Below, piece by piece: positions 8,046-16,266 of a DNA stretch of 20,812 nt (position 1 is the stretch's first letter; each line of letters opens with the position of its first letter). The position numbers were made by a program, and so were the translations under genes. Source of the stretch: Deltaproteobacteria bacterium. GTDB lineage: Bacteria; Desulfobacterota; Desulfarculia; Adiutricales; Adiutricaceae. A model generated the notes under the pieces. That model saw only the letters and a program-made list of their open reading frames with translations. It was not told where the DNA came from and searched no databases. The stretch covers positions 1 to 20,812 of the forward strand of contig JAITKT010000451.1 of assembly GCA_031278225.1 (NCBI GenBank). The letters are read 5' to 3'.

Positions 8046-9335
8046 ATGTCAATTCTTCAACTTGTCAAATACGACGGTCCGAACAACGTGTTCGCCTGGA
8101 AATGGCCCAATCAATCTCTTATCACGGGTTCCCAACTCGTGGTCAACGAGTCTCAGGAAGCCGTCTTTTTCAGCGGCGGAAGGGCTTTGGACATCTTCGG
8201 TCCCGGCCGGCACTCCCTGAGCACCAAAAACCTTCCCCTGCTCACCTCCATCGTCAAAATACCCTTCGGGCCCGAATCCCCTTTCACGGCCGAGGTCTGG
8301 TTCGTGAACAAGGTCCACTCCCTGGACGTCAAGTGGGGCACCCCCACGCCAATCCAGGTCCAGGACCCCAAGTTCGGGGTGATGTTGCCCGTGCGCTCCT
8401 TCGGGCAGTTCGGGGTCCAGGTGGAGAACTCGGCCAAGTTTCTGTTCAAGCTGGTCGGCACCACCTCCCGCTTCGACCAGGACTCCATGGGCAGGGTCTT
8501 CAAGGGCCTCTTTCTGACCAAGGCCAAGGACACCCTCGCCCAGTACGTCATCAACAAGAAGATAAGCGTTCTCGAGATAAGCGCTTACCTCGAGGAGCTG
8601 TCGGCCTCCCTGCAGGAGAAGATAACGCCGACCTTCTCCGATTACGGCATAAGGCTTCTGAACTTCTTCGTGAACGACGTCTCGGTCCCGGAAAACGACC
8701 CCGCGGTCGTCCAGCTGAAGAGCGCCCTCGCCAAAAAAGCCGAGATGAACATCCTGGGTTACGACTACACCCAGAAACGCTCCTTCGACGTCATGGAGGG
8801 GGCGGCCAAAAACCCCGGGGCCCCCGGAACCGTCATGGGAACGGGAATAGGCCTCGGCATGGGGATGGGGGTCGGACCTCAGATGAACGAAGCCATGGGA
8901 GGCATTTCGACGAGACTCGACCCGAGATCCTCCTCCGTCTGTCCCAACTGCAACGCGGCGGTCCCGGCGGGCAAAAAGTTCTGCCCCGACTGCGGGACCC
9001 CCCTGGCGGGCGAACCCCAAAAGGCGGCGCCGGTCATCACCTGCGACAAATGCGGGTCCCCCATCTCCCAGGGCGCCAAATTCTGTCCCAACTGCGGGGA
9101 TCCCTACAATCCCTGCCCCAAATGCGGAACGGACCTTCCCAGGGAAGCGACCGTCTGCACCAAGTGCGGTTACGCGCTCCCCAATCCCTGTCCTTTCTGC
9201 GGAACGCCCCTGGAGCGCCCCGGCCTCAAATTCTGCCCCTCCTGCGGAAAGCAACTCACCAAGAAATGCCCCGACTGTCAGACGGACAACGACCCGAAAG
9301 CCAAATTCTGCCTGAATTGCGGCACCAAACTGTGA
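8046..9335 (+). CDS. SPFH/Band-7 (stomatin/prohibitin/flotillin-like, COG4260/YdjI-like) protein with five tandem C-terminal zinc ribbons (429 aa)
   Basis: ORF 7761..9335 trimmed to the ATG at 8046 (MSILQLVKYDGPNNVFAWKWPNQSLITGSQLVVNESQEAVFF...GPGRHSLSTKNLPLL). This N-terminal pattern matches the Band_7_1/COG4260 family as far as I recall. The C-terminal 140 aa carry 10 CxxC motifs, which make 5 zinc ribbons of the form CPxCG...KFCxxCG. Confidence 0.75.
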   Translation: MSILQLVKYDGPNNVFAWKWPNQSLITGSQLVVNESQEAVFFSGGRALDIFGPGRHSLSTKNLPLLTSIVKIPFGPESPFTAEVWFVNKVHSLDVKWGTPTPIQVQDPKFGVMLPVRSFGQFGVQVENSAKFLFKLVGTTSRFDQDSMGRVFKGLFLTKAKDTLAQYVINKKISVLEISAYLEELSASLQEKITPTFSDYGIRLLNFFVNDVSVPENDPAVVQLKSALAKKAEMNILGYDYTQKRSFDVMEGAAKNPGAPGTVMGTGIGLGMGMGVGPQMNEAMGGISTRLDPRSSSVCPNCNAAVPAGKKFCPDCGTPLAGEPQKAAPVITCDKCGSPISQGAKFCPNCGDPYNPCPKCGTDLPREATVCTKCGYALPNPCPFCGTPLERPGLKFCPSCGKQLTKKCPDCQTDNDPKAKFCLNCGTKL

Positions 9336-9351
9336 AAAGGAACGTCGAAAC

Positions 9352-10119
9352 ATGTCAAATCCACTCTCTCAATCAAGATTCAGGAAAATAGTCCTCGTCT
9401 GGGGAGCCGCGATCGTCGTCTGTTCCATTTTGTTCGCCCTCGCCTCTTCCGGGGGAGGCCCGAGCTGGCTGGGCTTTTTCTTTCTCCTTTTGGTGATCAC
9501 CGTGACGGCGGCGGCCTTCGTCTTCAGGCTTCTGTACTCGAAGGACGAGGCCCTGGGCATCTTCAACATCGGGTTTTCCACCCTGACCCTTCTCTATTTC
9601 ATCTTCGGCTCCATAGTGGCCCTGTTTTTCATAGTGGGCAATTTTCAGTCCGTTCGCTTTCTGGTGGCCCCGGAGCTAATCCTTCTCGTCGTGTATTTCG
9701 TGGCCTGCCTCGTGATATTCCTCACCGCGAGGGAACACGACTCCCGGGGCGAAGAGATTTCCAGAAGGGTTTCCCTCGTGGCCGGAATGGAGGCGCGCTG
9801 CAGAAACCTTCACGCGAGGCTCGCCCTCTCCAATCCCGAGGCGGCGGCAATGCTGGAAAAAATTTCGGAAGAAATCAAATACTTCGACAAAAATTCGGAA
9901 GTGAGGGTGGACAAGATCATCACCGACAAACTCATAAGCATCGATGACATGACGAACCCCCAACCGCGGCTCGCGACGACCCCCGCCGGGCCCGGGGAAC
10001 CCCTCCCCGCCGCCGAGCCGCCGAGTCAACGGACGATCGTCGATTCCCTGAAGGAACTCCACCAACTGGTCTTGTCCAGAAAGGACGAGAGCCTGAGGGC
10101 AAAGACGGGTGGTTTTTAA
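9352..10119 (+). CDS. hypothetical integral membrane protein (4 predicted TM helices plus a ~130-aa soluble helical C-terminal domain, 255 aa)
   Basis: The ATG is 17 nt after the SPFH stop, with AAAGGAA upstream. There are four hydrophobic stretches of 20-23 aa. No recognisable catalytic motifs. Confidence 0.6.
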   Translation: MSNPLSQSRFRKIVLVWGAAIVVCSILFALASSGGGPSWLGFFFLLLVITVTAAAFVFRLLYSKDEALGIFNIGFSTLTLLYFIFGSIVALFFIVGNFQSVRFLVAPELILLVVYFVACLVIFLTAREHDSRGEEISRRVSLVAGMEARCRNLHARLALSNPEAAAMLEKISEEIKYFDKNSEVRVDKIITDKLISIDDMTNPQPRLATTPAGPGEPLPAAEPPSQRTIVDSLKELHQLVLSRKDESLRAKTGGF

Positions 10120-10248
10120 GTCGATCCGATCCTCGCCTTCGGATTTCCGCCATCGATCGAACGACGAAAACGGGACCGCGCCGTTCGAAATGAAAATTTT
10201 TTCGCGTTTTTCGGACACCGCCAGCTTTTCCCCGAAAAGGACACGCTC

Positions 10249-11490
10249 ATGGAAGGGCCCGCCCGGTTGATTTGCAAAAATTGCGGGGGAGACATAGACG
10301 TCATCCCGGGAGTCACGAAATACAGATGTCCGTATTGCGACTCCGAGAATTTCGTCTTCGATTCCCAGTCCCCGGGCCCGCAGCCGACCGCGATAGCGCA
10401 CGTCATCTGCGCCAAAACCGACGAAAAACGACTCCATTCCCTCCTCTTGTCAAAGATGATAGAGGACCAAATGGCCCCGGACGACATCCTCACCGCGAGC
10501 GTCATCCAGGAAGAAACGGTGATGTACGTTCCCTGTTTCGTGACCAGGGGAACCTTCGACATCAACTGGACGGCCTCCTTCGGCTACGATCGCCGGGAGG
10601 CCTACGTGGCTTACGTCACCGTCGCGGAAGGCGGCCAAAGGAGAACGAGACCCGTGACCCAATACAGAACGGTCACGGATTGGAAACCGGCGAGCGGAAA
10701 CGCCGCCGGAAATTACGCGGCCCTCGGCTACGCCGGCTCCAATCTCTCCAAGGAAGCCGCGGCCTTGGTCGAGGGTCTCCCGACGTCATACCTAATCCCC
10801 TACACCCCGGCCTACGTCGAGGGCTTCACCGTGGAGCCTTTTTACAAGAAACCGGAAGAAGTGGAAGGCTCTTTCGACGACTCCATTCAAAAGCAGGAAT
10901 ACGCCGCGGTGGCGCGCCACTTTCAGGGCGATCGGCAGAGAGACGTCCATTTCAACTCCAAAAGAAAACCGGACTTCGTGCAGCCGGGTCTCCTTCCCGC
11001 GGCCCACGCGGTCTTCGCCTACAAAGACAAACAATACAACCTCTGGGCCGACGGCATCGACCTCTCCAGGGTGATTACCGACTATTTTCCCCGGGACAAA
11101 ACCAGGGGTTCCAAAATCGCGAGAGGCTTGTGGCCCGTTATCGTCGCCTTCGTCGCCCTTGCCGCCACCCTGTTTTTCACCGGGGATTTCACCCCCCTCG
11201 CCCTGGCGGGCCCAATCTTGGGCTTAATCTACTACTACGCCAGAAAGCACTCCATCATCGGCTACTCGAAAAGAATAAGGGAAGCGACGCTCGCCGCGAA
11301 AAAATTGGAGGACAACGACCAGGTGGGTCATCTCACGAACGAGGAAACGCTCGCCTTGAGACAAAAAGCGACGGAAATCGGGGTGAGCCTTCCACTCCTC
11401 GCCAAAACCGATCTGGACCCGTTGGTCATCCCCTTTCTCACCATCGTCTTCGGCGCTTCGACTTACGTCCTGACTTTGTTCTTCCACTGA
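10249..11490 (+). CDS. hypothetical protein with an N-terminal zinc ribbon (CKNC...CPYC), a ~280-aa central domain and three C-terminal TM helices (413 aa)
   Basis: MEGPARLICKNCGGDIDVIPGVTKYRCPYCDSENFVF. Hydrophobic segments are GLWPVIVAFVALAATLFF, LALAGPILGLIYYYA and LVIPFLTIVFGASTYVLTLFF. It lies on the same strand and in the same cluster as the SPFH gene. Confidence 0.6.
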   Translation: MEGPARLICKNCGGDIDVIPGVTKYRCPYCDSENFVFDSQSPGPQPTAIAHVICAKTDEKRLHSLLLSKMIEDQMAPDDILTASVIQEETVMYVPCFVTRGTFDINWTASFGYDRREAYVAYVTVAEGGQRRTRPVTQYRTVTDWKPASGNAAGNYAALGYAGSNLSKEAAALVEGLPTSYLIPYTPAYVEGFTVEPFYKKPEEVEGSFDDSIQKQEYAAVARHFQGDRQRDVHFNSKRKPDFVQPGLLPAAHAVFAYKDKQYNLWADGIDLSRVITDYFPRDKTRGSKIARGLWPVIVAFVALAATLFFTGDFTPLALAGPILGLIYYYARKHSIIGYSKRIREATLAAKKLEDNDQVGHLTNEETLALRQKATEIGVSLPLLAKTDLDPLVIPFLTIVFGASTYVLTLFFH

Positions 11491-11912
11491 ATTTTTCGGG
11501 GGAATTTTTCCCGGTTTCCGCGATGTTTTTTCCCTCGTTTTCCCCGGCCTTCCCGGATAATCGTTTTCCGGGGGTTTGTCCGTCTCGCCCCTCAAAGCGG
11601 ATCGGGTTCCCGCGAAAAATCCGAACCCCCCGGACCCCGGCCGAGGGCTTCGGGCCGAAATCATCCCCCGCCCGCCCCGATCTTCTCCCGAAAAAACCCC
11701 GAAATCCCCCTAATTTCCCCCAAAAACCCCTTTTTCGCCCCCGAAACCCCCCCTTTTTTTTTTCGTCCGCGGCTCTCCCGGCTTCCGGTCTTCGCTTCCT
11801 ACGCCCCGCGCGGCATCCCCTTTTCCCCTGACCCCGGAGCTTCGGGGGAACGCCTTTGTTTTGTCCTACGGGCCCGAGGACTTGTTTTGTCGGTTTCGCC
11901 GCGTCGCGACGA

Positions 11913-11938
11913 CATCAATTGACGCGCGAATCATTTGA
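11913..11938 (+). promoter_or_regulatory. degenerate copy of the operator-like direct-repeat pair (ATCAATTGAC-N6-ATCATTTGAC)
   Basis: Related to the pairs at 12094 and 12319. It is preceded by the same CTTGTTTTGTCGG...CGCCGCG motif. Confidence 0.35.
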
Positions 11939-12093
11939 CCGGCGCCGAATGAAGACCGACCCGGGAAACCACCGACCCCTCCGGCGACGGGTTCTCCGCG
12001 GATCCGAAAACCGAACGCGCCCGGGGACCGGCCGCCATATTCGTCCGAAGGGCGAAAGGCCTTGTTTTTTTGTCGGCGCCGCGCTAAAATGAT

Positions 12094-12119
12094 ATTAATT
12101 GACACGAGAATTAATTGAC
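12094..12119 (+). promoter_or_regulatory. operator-like direct repeat ATTAATTGAC-N6-ATTAATTGAC (copy 1). Each half contains the palindrome AATTAATT.
   Basis: Read directly. It lies about 75 bp upstream of the truncated tetR 5' copy. Confidence 0.45.
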
Positions 12120-12191
12120 CCGCCGCGAAAAAACACCGTTCTTCAAAATCCGAAACAACCCAACAACGCGATCTTCCGCGGTGGTGAAAGA

Positions 12192-12329
12192 TGAATTCGA
12201 TGCCGCAAAGGCGCCGCGTCGGTCGACCCCAGACCCCGCCCCCCGACGGTCCCAAGATCAAAGACATCATCCCGGAAAAATCCATAGAGGTTTTTTTGTC
12301 GGCGCCGCGCCGGAATGATATTAATTGAC
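12192..12329 (+). pseudogene. truncated duplicate of the tetR 5' end (45 codons, no HTH). Its RBS is degraded from GGAGG to GGTGG.
   Basis: MNSMPQRRRVGRPQTPPPDGPKIKDIIPEKSIE... is identical at 30 of the first 33 residues to the TetR N-terminus at 12417. It then diverges and stops inside the second operator copy. Confidence 0.5.
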
Positions 12330-12344
12330 ACGAGAATTAATTGA
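12319..12344 (+). promoter_or_regulatory. operator-like direct repeat ATTAATTGAC-N6-ATTAATTGAT (copy 2), proximal to the intact tetR
   Basis: Read directly. It lies 73 bp upstream of the tetR ATG at 12417. Confidence 0.45.
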
Positions 12345-12416
12345 TCCGCCGCGAAAAAACACCGTTCTTCAACATCGGAAACAACCAAACAACGCGATCT
12401 TCCGCGGAGGTGAAAG

Positions 12417-13346
12417 ATGAATTCGATGCCGCAAAGGCGCCACGTCGGTCGACCCCCGACCCCGCCCCCCGACGGTCCCAAGATCAAAGACATCATCCTG
12501 GAAAAATCCATCGAGGTCTTGAGCGAACAGGGAATCACCAATTTTTCCCTCAAAGACATCTCGACCCGCGCCGGAGTCACGCCGGCCGCCATCTATTACT
12601 ATTTTCACAACAAGAAGGAACTCGTTCTCCAAACACTGGAATTCTATCTGGTGCCCCTCGTGAAAAGTTACTGGGACATCATGAAAAACGAGGAAGACCC
12701 GGTGAAGATGGTCACCTCCCTTCAGGAGAGAATGTTCGAGATAGCGACCGAATACCCGTGGTTTCTGGCCCTCTGGACCCGCGAGCTCGCCAGCGACTCG
12801 CACCCCATGAGGAAATTCCTCAAGGAAAGGATGAGCGAATATTCCTTCTTGTCCTTCTCCGAAAAGATAAAGAAGGGTCAGGACGATAAGCTCATCCACC
12901 CGGACATCATCCCGGAGATGCTCTTCATCTCGATTTTCTCCTCGCTCTACATAAATCTCCTCTCCAGACACAACTGGGAGATGATCTACAACATCGAGAT
13001 ACCCGTCCCCAATCTCCTGAAGCACATCAAGGCCCTGACCGTGCGGGGCATAATTCACAACCCGGAAGAAGAGGGCCGGAAGGCCCGCGAGGCCGCGGCC
13101 GAAACCGTCGCGAAAGCGGCCGCCGAAACCGCCCCGGCGAGCGACCCGGCCGTGGAAACTCCCGTCGCTCCCGACGTTCGCGCCGATCTCGCGGTTCCCG
13201 CCGAACCCGTCACTCCCGCGGATCCCGAAAACCCTTGGAATCCCGACGATCCCGGGGCGCGGCGCGATCTCGAAACCCCGAACAATCCCGAAACCCGAAA
13301 CCCCGAGGAAGCGCATGCCCAAACCGACGGAAACCCCGCCGACTGA
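12417..13346 (+). CDS. TetR/AcrR-family transcriptional regulator with a ~90-aa low-complexity Pro/Ala/Glu-rich C-terminal tail (309 aa)
   Basis: A GGAGGTG RBS sits 5 nt upstream. The HTH reads EQGITNFSLKDISTRAGVTPAAIYYYFHNKKEL, which is a TetR_N signature. The tail from about residue 215 is disordered-looking, and the last 32 nt overlap the emrA-like start. Confidence 0.8.
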   Translation: MNSMPQRRHVGRPPTPPPDGPKIKDIILEKSIEVLSEQGITNFSLKDISTRAGVTPAAIYYYFHNKKELVLQTLEFYLVPLVKSYWDIMKNEEDPVKMVTSLQERMFEIATEYPWFLALWTRELASDSHPMRKFLKERMSEYSFLSFSEKIKKGQDDKLIHPDIIPEMLFISIFSSLYINLLSRHNWEMIYNIEIPVPNLLKHIKALTVRGIIHNPEEEGRKAREAAAETVAKAAAETAPASDPAVETPVAPDVRADLAVPAEPVTPADPENPWNPDDPGARRDLETPNNPETRNPEEAHAQTDGNPAD

Positions 13347-14625
13347 CGACCCGAAATTCGCCGTCCCCGCGGGGCCGAAAGGCCCGGGGCCCGCGGAAAC
13401 CGGACGCCCCGCGCCTTCCCGGAAAAACGGGGCCAAAGCCCTCGTCAAAGCCTTCCTCGTTTTCGCGGTCTTGGGGGCCCTTATCTTCGGATGGTGGCAC
13501 CTCTTCAGGAGGGGAACGGTTTCCACCGACGACGCCTACGTCCAGGGAAACATCGTGAGGGTCGCGCCCCTCGCGGGCGGGACGGTCGTGGAAATTTTGG
13601 CCGACAACACCCAAAGGGTCAAAAAGGGAGACACCCTCATTCGTCTCGACGCGACCGACGCCGCGCTTTCCCTGGAAACGGCCAAAAACGGCCTCAGGAG
13701 CGCCTGTCTCAACCTCAAAAGCCTCGACGCCACCAAAAACAAACTCGCGGCGAACGTCAAGGCCCTCGAAAGCGAGCTCTTTCTCGCCCGAAACGATCGG
13801 GAAAGGGGAATAATCCTCGCGGCCAAAAATTCCATCAGCGCCGCGGAAATGGAGCGTCACGAGGCGGCCTTGGAAATCGCGGGGGCGAGGCTCGCCGCGG
13901 CCAAAGAAGAGCTGGCCTCGACCTTGAGTCTTTTGGGACCCGGACCTCCCGATGCCCACCCCTCTATCCTCCTCGCCGCGGCCGCGATGGAGGAAGCCTG
14001 GCTCAATCTCGCCCGCTCGGAAATAAAGAGCCCCGTCTCGGGAAAGGTCGCGAAAAGAACGGCGCAACTCGGGAGCCGGGTCAACTCGTCGGCCCCGGTT
14101 CTGATGGTCGCCGCGGACGACGAGCTCTGGGTGGACGCCAATTTCAAGGAGAGTCAGCTGAGAAGGATAAAGCCCGGAATGCCCGCCCGGGTCACGGTCG
14201 ACATGCTCGGAAAGAAGACGGTCATAAGGGGGGTCGTGGAGGGACTGGGAGCCGGCACGGGTTCCGTCTTTTCGCTCCTTCCCCCGGAAAACGCCACGGG
14301 GAACTGGATCAAGGTGGTGCAGAGGGTTCCGGTCCGCATAACCCTGGACGCGGATGACCTCGGGGACGCGCCCCTCATTTTGGGACTCTCCTGCCGGGTG
14401 GAAATACGGACGGACGGAACGACGGCCGCGAACGTCAAAAGACGGGAACGCTGGAACTTCAAGACCGAGGTTTTGACCGAGGACGTCTCGGGCGTCCGCG
14501 CCCTCGCGAAAGAGGAACTGGAAGCCTGCCTCGGGACGCCGGACGGATTCGCGGGTTTGGCGGAAACCGCGAAAACCGCGAGCCCGTCGGCGATTTCCGG
14601 CACGGCGGGGAAAAAGTTCCCGTGA
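13315..14625 (+). CDS. emrA: HlyD-family membrane fusion protein, EmrA-like (436 aa)
   Basis: GAGGAAG lies 5 nt upstream of the ATG. A single N-terminal TM helix is followed by TDDAYVQGNIVRVAPLAGGTVVEI, a pattern matching the EmrA N-terminal region. Coiled-coil and barrel regions are present. Confidence 0.8.
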   Translation: MPKPTETPPTDDPKFAVPAGPKGPGPAETGRPAPSRKNGAKALVKAFLVFAVLGALIFGWWHLFRRGTVSTDDAYVQGNIVRVAPLAGGTVVEILADNTQRVKKGDTLIRLDATDAALSLETAKNGLRSACLNLKSLDATKNKLAANVKALESELFLARNDRERGIILAAKNSISAAEMERHEAALEIAGARLAAAKEELASTLSLLGPGPPDAHPSILLAAAAMEEAWLNLARSEIKSPVSGKVAKRTAQLGSRVNSSAPVLMVAADDELWVDANFKESQLRRIKPGMPARVTVDMLGKKTVIRGVVEGLGAGTGSVFSLLPPENATGNWIKVVQRVPVRITLDADDLGDAPLILGLSCRVEIRTDGTTAANVKRRERWNFKTEVLTEDVSGVRALAKEELEACLGTPDGFAGLAETAKTASPSAISGTAGKKFP

Positions 14626-16163
14626 ACGGACGCGCGGGACCTCCCGGACCATCGCGGCCTCCCCTTTCGGGACACAAGCTGGCCCTCATAACCTTCGCCC
14701 TGCCCCTCGCGACCTTCATGCAGGTGGTGGACTCCACCATAGCCAACGTGGCGATCCCCACCATCGCGGGAAACCTCGGGGCCTCGTACTCCCAGGGCAC
14801 CTGGGTCATAACCTCGTACAGCGCGGCGAACGCCATAGTCCTGCCCCTCACGGGAAAACTCGCCCGGGGCTTCGGGGAGGTGAGGGTCTTCACGGCTTCC
14901 GCCCTTCTCTTCTCCCTCGCGTCCTTTCTCTGCGGTCTCGCCCCGGATCTGACTTTTCTGGTGCTCTTCCGGATCTTCCAGGGGGCGGCCGGGGGTCCCA
15001 TGATTCCCTTGGCCCAAACCCTCCTCATGAACAACTACCCGACGAAGTTTCAGGTCTTGGCCCTCGCCCTGTGGTCCGCGACCGTCTCCGTCGCCCCCGT
15101 GGTCGGTCCCGTCCTGGGGGGGTTCATAAGCGACAACCATCACTGGAGCCGGATCTTTTTCATAAACGTCCCCTTGGGGGTTCTCGTCGCGGCGCTCGTC
15201 CACCCCGTCCTCGGCCCGCGGGAGTCGCCCGTCTCCAAGGCCTCCTGGAGCGCCCTGAGCTTCGCCTTTCTGGCCGTCGGGGTGGGCTCGCTCCAACTCC
15301 TTCTCGACAAGGGGAAAGAGCTCGATTGGTTCAACTCGGACCTCATCCTGGGACTGGGAATTTCGTCGGTCGTCGGAATCACCTTTTTGATCGCCTGGGA
15401 AAAGCACAATCCCAATCCCTTGATGGATCCGGACCTTTTCAAACACCGGAATTTCACCGTGGGCGCGACCCTCATCAGCCTCGGGATGATGCTCTACCTG
15501 GGGACCGTGGTGCTTTTGCCCCTTCTTCTTCAAACCCATTACGGATACACGGCCACTTGGGCCGGTCTCGCCACGGCTCCCGTGGGGATTCTTCCCGTCC
15601 TTCTGACCCCCGTCATCGGGCGCTTCGGGGGCAGGGGGGATCCGAGAATCATGATATCCGCGGGCTTTTTGGTCTTCGCCCTGTGCATGCTCATGAGAAC
15701 CGGGTTCGCGCCGGGGGCGGATTTGAAATTCGTGGTCATTCCCCAATTCGTCCAGGGTTTGGCGCTCGCCCTCTTTTTCGTTCCCATCACGAGTCTGGCC
15801 TTCATCGGCCTCGAACCCTCCAAAATGGCCGGGGCCTCGGGCCTCTTCAACTGTCTCCGCACCCTCTTCGGTGGAATCGGCGCCTCGGTCGCGACCACCC
15901 TCTGGGAAAGAAGGGAGGCCTTCCATCATTCGCGGCTCGTCGAATCAATCGACGGACTCGACCCGGAATATCTTCGGGCCATGGAAGGCATGAACGCGGC
16001 GGGCCTCGGGGAAAGCGAGGCACTGGGAAACTTGAGCCGACAAATAACCGCCCAGGGACACATTTTTTCCGCCGCGGAAATCTACATGCTCTGCGCGGTT
16101 TGTTTCGTTTTCCTGATCGCGGTCACTTGGCTCGCGAAGACGAAAAAACCCGCGGCCGCTTGA
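14622..16163 (+). CDS. emrB: MFS transporter, DHA2 (EmrB/QacA, 14-TM) drug:H+ antiporter family (513 aa)
   Basis: GTG start overlapping the emrA-like stop in a GTGA arrangement. TFMQVVDSTIANVAIPTIAGNLGAS matches the EmrB N-terminus, and many TM segments are present. Confidence 0.8.
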   Translation: MNGRAGPPGPSRPPLSGHKLALITFALPLATFMQVVDSTIANVAIPTIAGNLGASYSQGTWVITSYSAANAIVLPLTGKLARGFGEVRVFTASALLFSLASFLCGLAPDLTFLVLFRIFQGAAGGPMIPLAQTLLMNNYPTKFQVLALALWSATVSVAPVVGPVLGGFISDNHHWSRIFFINVPLGVLVAALVHPVLGPRESPVSKASWSALSFAFLAVGVGSLQLLLDKGKELDWFNSDLILGLGISSVVGITFLIAWEKHNPNPLMDPDLFKHRNFTVGATLISLGMMLYLGTVVLLPLLLQTHYGYTATWAGLATAPVGILPVLLTPVIGRFGGRGDPRIMISAGFLVFALCMLMRTGFAPGADLKFVVIPQFVQGLALALFFVPITSLAFIGLEPSKMAGASGLFNCLRTLFGGIGASVATTLWERREAFHHSRLVESIDGLDPEYLRAMEGMNAAGLGESEALGNLSRQITAQGHIFSAAEIYMLCAVCFVFLIAVTWLAKTKKPAAA

Positions 16164-16210
16164 AAACCCGACACCGGAAAAACGAAACGACGAAAACGAA
16201 ACGGCGAAAA

Positions 16211-16250
16211 AAAGGGGGAGATTCCTTTCGAAAGCTCCCCTCTTTTCTTT
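16211..16250. terminator. intrinsic terminator (A-run-GGGGGAG...CTCCCCT-CTTTTCTTT) nested in a 10-bp inverted repeat GAGATTCCTT(16218-16227)/AAGGAATCTC(16259-16268). It is probably bidirectional.
   Basis: Read directly. It lies between the convergent emrB-like gene on the plus strand and ccsA on the minus strand. The outer inverted-repeat arm overlaps the ccsA stop codon. Confidence 0.5.
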
Positions 16251-16266
16251 CGTTCCCGAAGGAATC

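Larger units (their letters stand above)
12063..12515 (+). repeat. tandem duplication of ~225 bp (unit 1 is 12063-12290, unit 2 is 12288-12515, about 95% identical). It covers the tetR promoter/operator, the RBS and the first ~33 codons.
   Basis: Direct alignment by eye gives about 12 mismatches over 225 bp. Unit 2 continues into the intact tetR gene, while unit 1 diverges after codon 33 and terminates. Confidence 0.8.

Noticed and set aside
7280-9391. 703-aa plus-strand ORF spanning the DUF1638 leader and the SPFH gene
   Set aside because: It is an R/G/P-rich low-complexity translation in a different frame from the well-supported SPFH protein. This is a typical open frame in high-GC DNA.
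10119-10249. Small hairpins TCCGA-N9-TCGGA and AACGG-N7-CCGTT between the 4-TM gene and the zinc-ribbon gene as a terminator
   Set aside because: Short stems with no adjacent T-run on the transcribed strand. More likely incidental.
10272-11831. 519-aa plus-strand ORF in the +1 frame of the zinc-ribbon gene
   Set aside because: Arg/Pro/Gly-rich. The frame starting at 10249 has the zinc ribbon and TM helices.
13210-15929. Long minus-strand ORFs (480 aa and 591 aa) antisense to emrA/emrB, and the 385-aa ORF antisense to tetR (12369..13526)
   Set aside because: Arg/Gly/Pro-rich composition with no motifs. They lie opposite genes that carry clear HlyD, MFS and TetR signatures.
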